Source: Eledone cirrhosa (taxonomy: Eukaryota). Taken from it: a DNA stretch of 64,000 nucleotides. Positions 41,775-55,192 of this stretch are shown here, one piece after another. The notes beneath the pieces were generated by a model. The model saw only the letters and a list, made by a program, of their open reading frames with translations, was not told the origin of the DNA and searched no databases. The stretch spans positions 102,548,001 to 102,612,000 of the forward strand of contig OZ024745.1 of the NCBI GenBank assembly GCA_964016885.1, given 5' to 3'. How positions within the stretch are numbered: position 1 is the stretch's first letter; the number at the start of each line of letters is the position of its first letter. The translations under genes were made by a program, and so were the position numbers.

Positions 41775-42905
41775 ATAATAATTGTTTCTACTTTAGGCAC
41801 AAGGCCAGCAATTACCCAGTGCATTACTGGTACTTTATTTTATCGACCCCGTAAAGATGAAAGGCAATGGTTTCTAATTTAGGAGCAAAGCCAGCAAGTT
41901 TAGAAAGGTGAAGTTGATTAAATTGTCTTCAGTACTTCTATAGTATTTTATTTTATTGATTCTGGAAGAACAGTGGACTGAAAGCATTTTGTCCAATACT
42001 AATGATCTGGCCAATAATAATTGTTTCTATTTTTGGCACAAGGCCAGCAATTACTCAGTGCATTACTGGTACATTATTTATCGACCTCGTAAGGATGAAA
42101 GGCAAAGTTAACCTCAGCAGGATTTGAAATCAGATCATAAAGGGCCGTAACTCTTTGCTGCAAAGCATGGCGTCCGACCCTCTACCGATACTGCTAATCC
42201 ACCGCCCTAAACCAATAATAATGGTTTAATTTATTGACCACAAGGGTCGATATATAGGGGACAATACAATATATGAGGTCAGTGGGGGTTTTACATAAAA
42301 ATCGAGTAAAAAAAATAGTAAAACAATAACAATAAACAGGAAAAATACAACAATGAACATTTCCCAATAACCACCCAGGGTTGATTCTGGGCAATAATAA
42401 TAACCTGGCCAATAATAATAATAATTGTTTCTACTTTAGGCACAAGGCCAGCAATTATTCCAGTGTATTACTGGTACTTTATTTTATCGACCCCGTAAGG
42501 ATGAAAGGCAAAGTTAACCTCAATAATAATAATGATTTCTGAGTTAGGCACAAGGCCAACGCATTTTGAGGGAGGGGAAAGTTGATTAAATCAATTCCAG
42601 TACATTACTGGTACTTTATTTTATTGAGATTGGGAGAACAGCCTAGATGGAGGCAGTGGCAGTGGGATTTTGGTTCCTTTGTGTTCAGACCTGACATATA
42701 TAAATGCGTTTCACAGACATGCACTCACTATTTAGTTTATTTAGATATTCATGTACAGCAACATAGATACATTTTTTTCTATCAACCCCAAACGAGGAAA
42801 AACAAAGCTAACCTCAGCAGGATTTGAGCTCTGAATGTTAAAGGTCGTAACTCTATGCCACAAAGCATGTTGTCTAGCGCTCTACTGATACTGCCAATCC
42901 AACCT
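41775..42905 (-). mobile_element. Cluster of at least five SINE copies or fragments plus a Tx1-type 3' UTR fragment (42222-42392)
   Basis: Repeated AATAATTGTTTCTACTTT tails at AAT runs. The reverse complement of 42222-42392 matches 2450-2580 (TTTTATGTAAAACCCCC...CCC.TGTGG..AATAAA). Confidence 0.8.
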
Positions 42906-43920
42906 GGCTGTGTGTGTCTTTCATTTAAAATATGGTAATGAAACGGTTAAGTTTAGGGAGTAAAAGATTCTTAGATTTCAGAGAACTTTATCGTAATAAC
43001 TTTGTTTTCACACTATTTTTCAATATAACAACTATAGAAAAATGTACATCATTTTCACTTTTATCTATTTCATTCATATTTTATTAGTATCATACAGGTT
43101 TTCAATAATTAAAACCATAAGATATAGCTTTTATAACTGTTTTTGGACAATATTCTTCAATATTTATATTATATAAATAGAAAAAAAAAAACCTTTCATT
43201 CTTTATGTTCGTTTATACACTTTGTGTTCGATTATGTCTTTGAGAACAAATATTATGAAAAGGGCTTTATGTATTTGTTGATGGCTTCTCAGCAAGGTTT
43301 GATTTGAACAAAAGATGCAACACAATCCAAGAACTTCAATGTCTGACATTTGACATTGGTGTTCTTTCTTGCTTAAATTTTTCAGATTTCAACAGAAAAT
43401 GAATAGAATTGCATTGAAATATTACTTTACATTTTACATCATTTTCTGAAAAGATGATTGAATAAAGAACAGAGTAACTAACTTTATTTTCTCAATCTTT
43501 TACTTAGTATTTGAATAAAAAAAATCATATATTTGATATATCAATAGCTTTTGGTGTGTGAATCATCTTTCAAGTATTAATGCTTTAGAATTATTTTTTC
43601 TTCCTCATATATAATGTACAGCTCTCTGTTAATTCTTTATTTATATTGTTCAGTATTTGTCTATAATTTCTTATATTTTGAAAATGTAATTTTTAGTAAT
43701 ATTCAAATAACTCTTGATGAGTATATTTTCAGTGAACTATCAGTGCAATTCTTTTAGTAATTCATTAGTTCACTATTCGATTTGAATTTTACAGATTGAT
43801 TTCATCAACGACAATATGTACTGATTGGATGCCAGAAGCAGTAAGAAGGATACAAATTATATTATCATTGGGATTTAAGAGCTTTCTATAAAAATAAAGT
43901 TCATTAAAATAAACAAGAAT

Positions 43921-44165
43921 ATATGTGTCTCTCTCTCTCTCTGTATGTATATATATATATAGTCATATATATGTATATGTTTGTGTGTGTATATATGTGA
44001 GTGTGTGTATATATGTGTGTGTGTATATATGTGTGTGTGTATATATGTGTGTGTGTATATATGTGTGTGTATATATGTGCGTGTGTATATATGTGTGTGT
44101 GTATATATATGTGTGTGTGTATATATATGTATGTGTGTATATACATGTGTATGTGTGTATATACA
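43921..44165. repeat. Compound (TA)/(TG) microsatellite
   Basis: GTGTGTGTATATAT-type units. Confidence 0.9.
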
Positions 44166-44513
44166 TGGGTACATGCGCGGGGACATAGAAATAATCGGGC
44201 TGGACACCCGATCGCGCGGTTAAACCACTGGGAGTGAAGGACCCCTAGCCCTTGTCAGGGCATTCTTCTAGGGGAAGGCAACTCAGGAAACTGGGATAAC
44301 TCTGATATAAAACCTGCGGCTCAGTAGTTACCGATGATGTTGATATTTTCTTCTTTTCGGGTTATAGCTACTGTCGCTCAGTGCACAGTCTTTTCTCATT
44401 TAAAAAAATATCTTCATGCACAGGCATTGCACGATAGAATTAATTAATAATTATTAATAATGGTATATCATGCAATGGCCATACTCGATAACGAGGGGGC
44501 AGCCATCATCATG
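44165..44513 (+). mobile_element. Putative bipartite non-autonomous RTE derivative (5' UTR-like segment + (CAT)n tail)
   Basis: GC-richer island containing CTAGGGGAAGGCAACTC...CTCTGATATAAAACC, reminiscent of RTE 5' UTRs. It ends GAGGGGGCAGCCATCATCAT and has no ORF. Confidence 0.5.
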
Positions 44514-45989
44514 TGTGTATATATATGTGTGAGTGTATGTGTGTGTATACATGCATATATGTGTGTGTGTGTATGTATGTATGTGTGTGTGTACGTGTAT
44601 GTATGTGTATATACATGAGCACTCAATACATGTAAGCAGTATAAATTTTATTTTCCAAAGAAAACAATGGCTGTGACTTCACATTTTTGGTAATGGTCCC
44701 TTTTCAGACTACTGTCTTTGGGTTATTTATAAGTTTAGTTACCAATTGTGATATTGTCACTGATTAGGTGCTGGGGTCATTATATGGGAACGTATGTTTT
44801 TTTAAGGCATTAGTTGTTCCCATATAGTTATAAATGTATGTGTATGAGTGCATGAATGTATGAGAGGATATGTAATGGGGAAGAGGTATTTATGTTGGTT
44901 TTTAAATTCTAGCATGTTAAGTAGGTATAGTAAATCTTGTTATGGAAAAAGCCTGGAGTTTTAATGGTCTGTGTGTGCGTGTGCGTGTGTGTGTGTTTGG
45001 AAGAGAAAAGAAAGCTTATGGATTTCAATTATTGATTTGTACTACTGTGTTGGCGACACAATAAAAGCACCCAGCACACATTGTAAATTTGGTTGGCATT
45101 AGGAAAGGTATCAGCCATAGGAACCAAGCCCAAATCAGTTCTGTGTGAGCAAAACTCAGTCCTTCGACCTGGATCTCTCACAAGGGGACAACCTGTCCTA
45201 CACATGCTACCTACCTATGCTAATGTGGAAAATAAATATTAAGCGATGATGATGTGTGTAGGGAAATTAGGTGGTATAAATTTTCAGTCATCAGTTTACA
45301 GTTTACATAAATATTTCATGCATAATAAAACAGGCAGAATTAAATAATGAAAATAAGGGCAAGTGAGGATATTCAGATTCTTCCCACTGTCTATATGGTA
45401 TATCTTAGCTAGACTCTGTGAACAAGATTGCCACAGAGAACAGTTAGTGATATCTGCTGCATCAACCACTCTACTTCATGAGGCTCCTTCTTCAAGCAGG
45501 GTGCACTCCTTCCAATTTTGCAGAGGAGAATGGCAATTAAGCGATTAAAGACACTGGTGGTCATGAAAGAGACTGGCAAGAAAAGGAAGTAGTCAGTGAA
45601 GTCTCAGTATTTGGATATCTTCCATTCCTTATCTTTATTGGTAGCAGTGCTTAGATTTGTGGCTGAAGTAAAATGGTTGGAAGTGGAGAGTGTGTTACAG
45701 CATGTGGTGTCTGAGATAAGAAATTTATATCCATTAATCCTTTAGCATTATATTACTTCATATATACTATTATATTTTCACAGTAAAGGCTTTATCTCAC
45801 ATTATATCGAATCTATGAGATTTTTATATTATATATTTTGAGAACAATACCTTAACATCTGTATGAGTGGTCAGTTACAGTCAGTTTGAACTGAAAGAAA
45901 TGAGAGAATTTTGGCCCGATACAGCCGGTTTAAATGCTAAAGGGTTAAACAAGAAAATGTTTATAGTGTCTGGGTGCTTACTATCAACA

Positions 45990-46920
45990 TGGTCAAAGCC
46001 AGCAAGCTCCAGTTGTGATGGGAAACATGTCACATCAAGGCTCCTTCTGTTGATCTCATCCAAGGTAACATGTCAAGGGATTAAGGGATCCAGCCTGTAC
46101 TGTGATGACAAGGGAATAGATGTAGTACAAACCTGTCGATAATGGCTCCATGACAGCATCTCTGTGACCCACACATGCAGAAAATAATGCACATGGCCAT
46201 TCCAGCACAGGTGTACTCAGCATCAAGAAGGGTACTGGTTGATGAGAGCACCACATTTAGCCACACACCAGTGTTTGGTAGGCAGACTAGAGGTAGGTGA
46301 GGCAGTGCTGATCAAATGAAGACATGAACTGCATGTACTTTGAACTGCATTTGATGTCATCCCAGTTGCATTGGTATCTAGCATACTGGAAAACAGTGCA
46401 ACTATCATCAAACCAAACAACCAGAGCTAACTTGAGCTCCTGGTCCACATTTGTTTCTGATGTCTTGCAGAGAACCTCACTGATGAAGGTGCAGCTGGAG
46501 ATGATGCATCGCAATCTGGCTGGCAGTACAAGGTTAGACATTGCACTGAACCTCATGGGATTCAGTATAGTCAGCTAGTGTCATCAAAACTAACATTGCA
46601 TGGTATCTGGAAAGCATGACACTGGATGGCTCTGTTGAGTCTGTTGTTGATAATGTTCAGAACGTCATCCCAGCTATCTCTCCTCAGACTCAAGGTTAAC
46701 TCACCCAACTCTAAGGGAATAGATGTGAGTAACAGCAAAATTCAATATGGTGATATCATACAGCTTGTTTCCTTTCTAACTGGGTTACATCTTACTACAA
46801 GTGATGATGCATATATTCCTGGCTCTCTAGTCCCCTTAAAACCCATGCAAGAGTGCCTTAAGGCCAAAAAGGTTGACTTAGTGAGGATGACAAATAAATT
46901 CTTCTTCTTTGACATGCATT
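45990..46920 (-). mobile_element. Old LINE RT fragment
   Basis: Minus-strand remnants resemble the GVKQGCxISP (~46770) and FADD (~46590) motifs. Confidence 0.5.
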
Positions 46921-47081
46921 CTATGCTCTACTCCTGAAGAATTGTTTTGCTATCCACGAACCTCTCTTTACAGTGTATGTGGTGCAGCTTATCACCTTTA
47001 CACAGGTCGCATCAATAAACTTGATGCTACCATCTATCATGGCACTGAATTCAGTTGTTTAGGAATTATGAGTAGCCTGAG

Positions 47082-47117
<36 letters not shown>

Positions 47118-47699
47118 TTGGTAATGTGTAATTATGAGGGAGAGGAATATTCATGTATCTGGTTAAATATTTTGCTTCTTAGTAGTGGTGGCTATGGCTT
47201 CTGTTGCCTGGCTCTACATTTTGATGGTCAGTGTTATAGTACACTAACAATCAAAATCAAGAGTGAAATACATTGAGGGAAGATGTTCAAATATGCTAAA
47301 AAATATTGTCATTGCCTGGCTTATTCCCCATTTCTGGCAAATCAGTTATTTTACAAAAGATTTCAAGAGGTTCATAACTATTTAGCATGAACTATGTATA
47401 TAAAGTTAAGAATGCTTGTGTATATAGTTAAGATTGGAGACACCATTTATGTAATTCTAGTTGACAACTCTTTTGAATACATGAAACTTTCTATGTATTT
47501 ATATATGAGAAAGGGAAGTAGTTGATGGAAAAGTTAGAGAACAACTAAAATGTAAAATGAAAATAAAGTTATACATCAATGATAAAAAGAAAACATTAAA
47601 GAGAGGAAGAAAATATACAGTGGAAATTAAATAATTAAGTAAACTGAGTAAAGAAGAGAAAATGGCTGGAAAAAGACACTCAATCACATTTCACAACAA

Positions 47700-48165
47700 G
47701 CAATGCTGGTGTTTCTCTCTAATATTTTTTGAAGCAAGCCAACACATCTGCAGCATTACCATGAGTGATAGCAAGGCTAAGATTCTAGAATAACCAAGCA
47801 CTCTCAAAGGAATCATCTGATACCTCAGAATAACCAAACATCCTCACAGCTATCACCTGATACCTTGGTAAATTGAGCTGTCAACGATTTCATTGTCAGT
47901 AGCCCAGCTTCTCCAATCAATCTGAATGCCACAGACTGGAAAAAATAGTTTATTTATTATCATCAGCAAACTATTTTATCCAGCCTGTATTGTTCAAGAT
48001 GTCTGGAATAAACTGAGCTGCTTACAATGCAGTTCTTTTCATCATGGTGGCTCAACTTACCAACGTATCATGTGATACTTGCAAAGGTGCTTGGTTATTC
48101 CAGTGCTTTAGCTGTACTATTACCTATGGAAATACTGTGAGTGTGTTGGCTAGCCTCAACAATTA
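47700..48165 (-). mobile_element. Possible CRE-clade LINE 3' remnant
   Basis: The minus strand reads LSLAITHGNAADVLAC, similar to the CRE C-terminal LSxAxQRGNA motif. Confidence 0.4.
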
Positions 48166-48959
48166 TTAGAGAGGAAGATGGAATGTAAAGGAAATACACA
48201 ATCATTGTCCCACCCTTGCAAGCAGGGAAAAGTGGGCGTAAAATGATGATGATGATGATGATGATTGTGAGAGGGAAAGTAAGAAACAGCAGAAATAACT
48301 GCAACAGCAAATGTTTTAAGGCTATTTCCCTCTGTTGAAGCCTTGCTGGCTTATGAAAGTCTTCATGCTCATCAAAAGGTCCTTTGTAAAGAAATGTTTT
48401 ATTAGCTATATGCCTTCTGCACTCCCTTCCTAGCACTAATACCTTTAATCACTTCTTACAACATGCAGGGATATGGTATAGCTATCCTAAACTGGTTATG
48501 CACACTAAGAAAAGTGAAGCAGTGCAAGAAATATGGACAAGCCCTATAAAATTCAAATATTAAGAAAATAATAGGGCTGAGAAAAACATCAGATAAAAAC
48601 ATGTTGAGAAATGAAAAAAATAATACAAATATTTAGGAGGAAAAAAGAGGAAAATGACGGTAATTAGAAAGCAAAAGAAAGTGATGAGAAGATAGCAAAA
48701 GGACAGAGTGGTGTGAAGAGTGTCTTGGAAGCTGTAAAGATTTAAATCAGTTTATAATTATATTTTGTCAGTTAATCAAAGTCAGACTGTTAATTAAGAA
48801 ACTGTTTTGGTTGGAAAGTATTGGCTTGTCTCATTTCATTTGTAATTATAACTGGCTAGTATTGATAGTAGGAGTAGTAGGTGACTTATCATAATTATTG
48901 ATGGTGGTGGTGGAGTTGTTCTTGTCAATACTGTTAATAGTGATGTTCCAAAAAATATC

Positions 48960-49015
48960 AGTAGTAGTAGTAACAGTAATAGAAGCAGCAGCAGTAGTAG
49001 CAGCAGCAGCAGCAA

Positions 49016-49052
<37 letters not shown>

Positions 49053-49108
49053 AGTAGTAGTTGCAGTAGCAGCAGCAGCAGTAGTAGTAGTAATAGTCGT
49101 AGTTGTAA

Positions 49109-49141
<33 letters not shown>

Positions 49142-49305
49142 TAGTAGTAGTAACAACAGCAGCAGTAGCAGCAGTAATATTAGTAGTAGTAGTAGCAGCA
49201 GTAGCAGCAGCAGCAATAGTAGTAGTAGTAGTAGTAACAGTAACAGCAGCAGTAGTAACAGCAGCAACAGCAGCAGCAGCAGTAGTAGTAGTAGTAGTAG
49301 TAGTA
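48960..49305. repeat. Compound (AGT)n/(AGC)n trinucleotide tract
   Basis: Interspersed GTA/GCA/ACA triplets in a single phase. Confidence 0.95.
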
Positions 49306-50011
49306 AATTTGTCATTATTGCTGGTGGTGGTGATGGTGTTGCCATTGTTGTTGTCATCAATATTATTTGTAGTGATGTTGCCAGAGTTAGCAGCAGCAGC
49401 CACTAAACTGGGGAAAGGGACATTATAAAATATGACTCACATTAAAATAGAGACCAATTTCACTGATGTCAATCAATTTGCACTGTAGAAGATATGGGAT
49501 TATTCTGTCATTCTGGTTCTATGTTATTAACGTTTATGTATATTTCTGATTGTAAATGTGTTTCTGTATAAACATATATAATGGGCTTCTGTACTGTTTC
49601 TGTCTACTAAATTCTACTCATGTCAGACTGGAACTATTGTAGAAGTCACTTGCTCTTGGTGTTATCCAGTAAGGCGGAACACAAAAGCATGTGGCTGCAA
49701 TGAAAACTTCTTAATCACACAGCCATGCCTACACACGCACACATATATATATATATTTGAAGGCTAATTTGCAGAGTCATTAGGGGTCTTTTACACTTGA
49801 TGGAGTTATAGGGGTGCCTTCCTGACACATGAAGTATCTTTTGGGCTCTTTAAATTTGGCCCAATCCATCTCTCCAGGATAAAATACTGCTAATTTCTTC
49901 TAGAGAAAGAAAGAGAGAGGGAGAGGTGGACAGTAAGCTGGAACAAATACCAAGACATTTTTAATCTGATGTCCTAATGATTCCCCTAGTTCACCGCCTT
50001 ACATTGGAGCA

Positions 50012-51179
50012 TCTATCTATATATATAAAACTGTAGTTGTCTGTGTGTCCTTATTTTTGCAAAGTCTATACAAATCCACATTTCTACTCCGATTGACTTC
50101 AAACTTGCATTTATATATTCCTTGCGGTCTAAAGATATTAACTGCAGCTTTTATTTTTCAATTTTCTGTTGTTAAAGAGGTGTTAGGCGCTGGTTATCGA
50201 TCTCCGTCGCGCCCTTATAATATCTGTCTGTATGTCTGACTGTCTGCATTACAACATTTTGACAAATATTGATGATGTATTATGTTTGCTATTTTCCGTT
50301 CATTGCCAGGGAATGTCTTCATGAACCAAAGTATCATCTTCCTGTTTTCCTTCGGTTGCAACGTTTTTCGAAATATTTACTTCTGCGTTCACAGATTGAT
50401 TTTTTTAGTTTCAGAAGATCCCGTTAAGGGTGAAAGCAGCGATTCTTTGCTTAAACTTTAATCTGTTATTTTAATATATAATATAAGCGAGGCAAGCCAG
50501 CCCAGTTGCCAGTTCTTGCCAATAAACATTAACCCTTTGTGCGCCATTCATCTAACTGTAGACCAACAAATACCAACTAACCGGAGCGTTGACAAGAACG
50601 ATGGCGAATGAATCTTCAAGGTAAGCAGTTTCCTCCCGAGCTGTTAGTTCACGCGGGATTCTCTGCTACATCTTTTCGTAATAATACCGGACAACGTACT
50701 GCTGGTCACTCCTTCCTCCAAAAGCCGTACAAAGCGAACATGTGCATCGGGCAGATGGATCGGGTGCAAATCTACACCAGGCCTACGCGAGAAATTCGCA
50801 AGGGACTGCACCGAGAGAGATAGAGAGAAAGAGTAACTTAGTGACAAGAGTGCGAATGAACTTTTGAGGTAAGTAGCCTACGCCTTACTGCTACGACACT
50901 GGAACCTTCTGCCAACTTAACCTGTGACTTTCTCTTTCACATTTACTCCAATAGGCCAAAACAGAGGAGTATGAAAAGAAGGGGCTCAACAATATTTATA
51001 TGAACAATGCACGTAGACAGCTAAACTGTACTTTCAACTTCTTAATTTTCTCCATATAAAACAAGTTTCCTGTCAGTATATTTTCGTGAGTTTTTAACAG
51101 ACACTCACAAATAAACGTTTCTCATTGGAGGTGCTATTACCAATGTTCTTACCCGTGCAACGCCGGGATACACTGCTAG
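50012..51179 (+). mobile_element. Non-autonomous Helitron with mosaic interior
   Basis: A|TCTATCTATATATATAAAACTG 5' end; CCCG tgcaacgc CGGG hairpin followed by CACTGCTAG|T. Confidence 0.85.
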
Positions 51180-51493
51180 TCTGAAATAAAATAAAAAAGC
51201 TTGCAATATTTTTATTTCTCTGATCACAAATTCAACCCTTATCAACTTGACAATCTATCCTTTAGGTGTCAGTAAATAATGGTAGTGGACTGGCATAACT
51301 GCTAAAGCATTGAAGGAATGGTCAATGTTCGATCTGTTTGTGTCTGGGTTCAGATTCCACCAAGATACCAATGGAAGCACTCCATCCAACACACAATTGG
51401 CCAATATGAACAGATAAATCTACAATCACCATACATAAGATGCTGTGGTTTTATCCAGCAGTGAATTCAAAATAACTGAATGAAATATATATA

Positions 51494-51749
51494 CAGGTTA
51501 TCTCTCAAAAATTGACATCATTTGAAATGTGAATATCTGAGTAACTACAAGTTATAGGCAAACAAAATTGAATAGGCTTCATGTTGAACATTTCTAGTGA
51601 ACGTCACTCTTCAACCTGAAAAAATAAAGGGAAATAATTAAACTTGGTTAGTTTTTACACATTTTGTTAAATTTTGAGATCATTTGAGTGAGAATTGGCT
51701 ATGTTTTTAGACTATGAAATAATGTCATTTTTTGCAGGGGGGAGGGACA

Positions 51750-51752
<3 letters not shown>
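51494..51752. mobile_element. Degenerate Tc1/mariner-like MITE
   Basis: TA|CAG...CAAAAATTGACAT versus ATGTCATTTTTTG...CTG|TA. Confidence 0.5.
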
Positions 51753-51792
<40 letters not shown>

Positions 51793-52467
51793 TAAATCAG
51801 GGATGGTTTCAGTTAGAAACTGGTTAGACCTTTACTCACCAGAGTACTCAATAACTGGGGTAGTAGAGTATATGAATAAGTCAGGACCTTGTCAGGTGAG
51901 CTCAGCCGTCAGGATCCCAACTTGTTTGTATGCATATATATGTGTGTGTGTGTGTGTGTTTGTGTGTGTGTTTGTGTGTGTGTGTGCGTGCGTGTGTGTG
52001 TGTTTGTGTGTGTGTGTGCGTGCGTGTGTGTGTGTGTGCGTGTGTGCGTGTGTGCGTGTGTGTGTGTGTGAGTGTGTTTGTATCCAACATACTGAAGTAT
52101 ATTTATATGTTGATAAATAAACCTAGTCTCACTGTGGAATGAAACATAACCTCCAAGATTTTGGCAGCATACCACAGAACTGATTGCAATTATATGTTAG
52201 TTAATCTTTGACAGAGTTTGATTTCAACAACCATGATGCTTAACCCAATAAAAATGTTTCACAGTTCATCAGTTAATGTTCATACTGATGTTAATTTGGC
52301 AACCATCAAAAGAGGACAAAGAGTAGGAAAACTGAAGATTTATCATGGGGTATACAATCATTTCAAAACAAGACTAAAAATATGTTTATTAAACTTATTA
52401 ATGTACTTTCACATACTGAATGTTACAGATTATGTATGCAAATGTGTGTGTGTGCTTGTATGTATGT

Positions 52468-53057
52468 ATCATCACTGTTTTACGTCCATTCTTCCATGCT
52501 AGCATGGGTTAGACGGGTTGTCCTGTTGTGGGCAATGTTAGGTCGGCTGACCTTGATTTGCTCATACAGGAACTGGTTTTGGCTTAATTTCTACAGCTTG
52601 ATGCTCTTCCTAACACCAACCTCATTTATACTGAGTGCTGGGTGCTTTTTTCTATGGCGCCTACACAACCACTTTACAGTGTGGTCTGGGAGCTTTTTTG
52701 CCGTGGCACCTCCAAGACCACTTTGCAGTGGGCGGGGAGGAGGTATATTATCTATATACTTCAGCTTCAGCTTGTACTCGTGGGAAGTAGGGTCTTCTGT
52801 ATTAATTTGTGATGCCAGAGGTCACGGTCCTGTGTCATCGCCTTTGAGAGGTGCAATTGGGTAAGGTCGGCTTTTATCACCTCATCCCAGGTCTTCTTGG
52901 GTCTCCCCACTCCACAGCTTCTATCGACTTCTAGTGCTCTGCACCTTTTTATGCAGCTGTCATCCTTCATACGCATCACATGTCCATACCAACGCAACCT
53001 CCCCTCCTGCACACATTATTTGATTCCTCTTATGCTCAGTCTTTCTCTCTCAATTCG
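52468..53057 (-). mobile_element. 5'-truncated RTE LINE
   Basis: Encodes QEGRLRWYGHVMRMKDDSCIKRC and includes the 3' UTR; same family as 35100-36665. Confidence 0.9.
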
Positions 53058-53089
53058 TTCATATATTTATATATATATATGTGTATGTA

Positions 53090-54635
53090 AAAGGTAAACA
53101 GAAATAACAACACAATCGGTGCAGTATATGGAAGGTATATATTAGGTTAATGCTTGATATAGCAGGAAGAGGTCTTAACATTTCGGACGCTAGTCTTTCA
53201 TCAGAAGAAAGAATGAGAAATAGAATAGATTAAAGGGACGGGCGGGATGGAATTGGAAAAAATGTCTTTAGATAAAAATAATAGGTCCATTCATGTTGAC
53301 ATCTCTTGCAAAACTGTTGGTGCTGGCGTTTTGTGTATGATTTGTTTTTTAGAAAAGTGGATGATGGCACGCGTCTACCTGAAAGGAAAAAAAAAACGTT
53401 TTGTAAAAAGAGCTATACTTGAACACGTGCGTAAGCATGAGTGTGCATGTGTGTGTGTGTTATTATAGGTCCGTACGAAGCTAAGAAGAGATATGTGTGT
53501 ATATGTGAGTAAAAGAGTGTGTATGCATGTAAGTACGAAGCTATGAGCAAAGAGAAAGCGATAGGAATCTAGGGGTGTGATAATGGACGGGGTATTAGAG
53601 AAATTGGGGAGGTGATTTGAGTCCAAGAGGGGAATAGGACCCAAGATGGTGAATCAGACTTTGTTCAGTCCTGGTGCGAGAGGCCTGTGATCCATGATGT
53701 AAAATGACACCCAGGACTGAAACATGTAGGGAAGAATGACCAGGAGAACAGAAAGGACGGGCGACAGGAGTATCCAAACTGAGTCGTATGTCCCTCATTG
53801 TTTGGCAAAATGGTCCGCCATACGGCGTCCCATTTGTCCGATATGTAAAGACCCACAAAGGGAACACCGGAGGGCATAGACAACGTGGGTGGATGTGCAG
53901 GTGAAGGAATGGCGGATTCGGAAAGACCCGTTAGGGCCTGTAAGAGTGGTGAGGGTCGAAATAAAGGAACAAGTGTTGCAGTGGGAACTGGAACAAGGAT
54001 GAGAGCCGGGCGGAGTCGTGGGAGAGGACGAAAAAGAACTGCGAACCAGGAGCTCGTGGAAGTTTCGGGTGCATTTAAAAGCAGTAATGGGTGGGTTTGG
54101 AAAAAAGCGAGAAGTGATGGTGTGAGAAGAGAGGATACGGAAGGAACGGAGGATATGTCGCCGGAGTGGTAGGGTGATGGGGTGGTAGGTGAGAGGGAAA
54201 GGAACACGGGTGTTGGGAGGGCGGGGGTGAGGTGAGAGGGCTGTGGTGTGGTCTGTTTCACGGGCGCGGGTGAGAGCAGCTTGGATCAAGGTGGGGGGGG
54301 GGGGGTATCCACGCTGGATGAAGCAGGAAGCCATGCGAAGGGAATGGGTTTCGAAATCGTCGTCCTTGCTACAGAGTTGACAAAGGCAGAGGAATTGGGA
54401 ATAGGCTATAGAGTCTTTGGTGTGGGTTGGGTGGGAGGAGGTGAAGTCGAGATAAGTATGGGAGTCTGTTGGTTTAATGAAGATGGAAGTAGAGAGGGTG
54501 TGGTGAGAATGATTAATAGATAGAGAGATATCTAGAAAAGTGACAGAAGAATCGGAGACCGAGGTGGTGAAATTGAGAGCAGGATGTAAAGATTGAACAA
54601 ATGAAAGAAAACAGTCGAGCTGTTCTCGTGTTAGA
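53090..54635 (-). mobile_element. Second Penelope-like element, 5'-truncated (late RT, thumb, GIY-YIG)
   Basis: ORF 53795-54664 contains SVTFLDI, IFIKPTDSHTYLDFTSSHP, IAYSQFL and FTCTSTHVVYALRCSLCGSLHIGQ. A degenerate hammerhead lies at 53173-53209 (TCTT-CTGATGA-aagactagcgtcc-GAAATGTTA-AGA). Confidence 0.9.
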
Positions 54636-54671
54636 TTTTTTTTTTTCCTTTTCCGTATAACCATTACCAGT

Positions 54672-54712
54672 CCGAGCTGAAGATCCGCATAAGATGAAAC
54701 AATTGTTCTCGG
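54672..54712 (+). ncRNA. Minimal hammerhead ribozyme motif
   Basis: CCGAG-CTGAAGA-tccgcataagat-GAAAC-AATT-GTT-CTCGG. Helix III has a palindromic loop; helix II is weak. Confidence 0.6.
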
Positions 54713-54989
54713 TATGGTGAACTAACTGTTGTGTTACTACTTCGACCAAACTCATCTCATGGATTGAGTGCTCTACCACTACAGATATTACCTTCCAGTG
54801 TTCTACCTTTATATATATATATATATACATATGTACATATATATATATGTATAATTAATGTATAATTAATATATACATGAAAAATTTGTTATAATGATGT
54901 TTGTCATAATGGAATTTTACCTGTAGACGAGAAAACTATATATTCTCGGCTGTTTTCAAGTTTAGCAGTTGCAAGCGGTGGGAGGGACC

Positions 54990-55027
54990 GTCCTGGTGAA
55001 GGCCAGTCAAGCCTGAAATGCATAGAC
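54990..55027 (+). ncRNA. Degenerate minimal hammerhead motif
   Basis: GTC-CTGGTGA-AGGC cagtcaa GCCT-GAAA-TGCA-TA-GAC, with one core substitution. Confidence 0.5.
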
Positions 55028-55192
55028 AGTTGCCTCACTTGCTTCTGCTGGACACCACCAGAGGGCGTTAGCCCTGGTGTTTGCATAGCTACGGCTTCCT
55101 AAAACCGTGTTTCTTTAGAAATACGAAATTTCTATACATATTTGTATAAAGCTATGCTTGAAGTCAAATCTTATTTATATATATTTATATAT

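Noticed and set aside
43875-44237. HT/YI/VC-rich ORFs here and at 5411-5813, 15321-15674 and 51695-52175
   Set aside because: These are translations of dinucleotide microsatellites.
48836-49428. Poly-Thr/Ala mucin-like or poly-Leu/Val ORFs
   Set aside because: They are open only because of the triplet repeat and have no convincing non-repetitive coding flanks.
50608-50823. Gene fragment captured by the Helitron
   Set aside because: The segment is GC-richer and has GTAAG motifs, but the 71-aa ORF has no recognisable homology.
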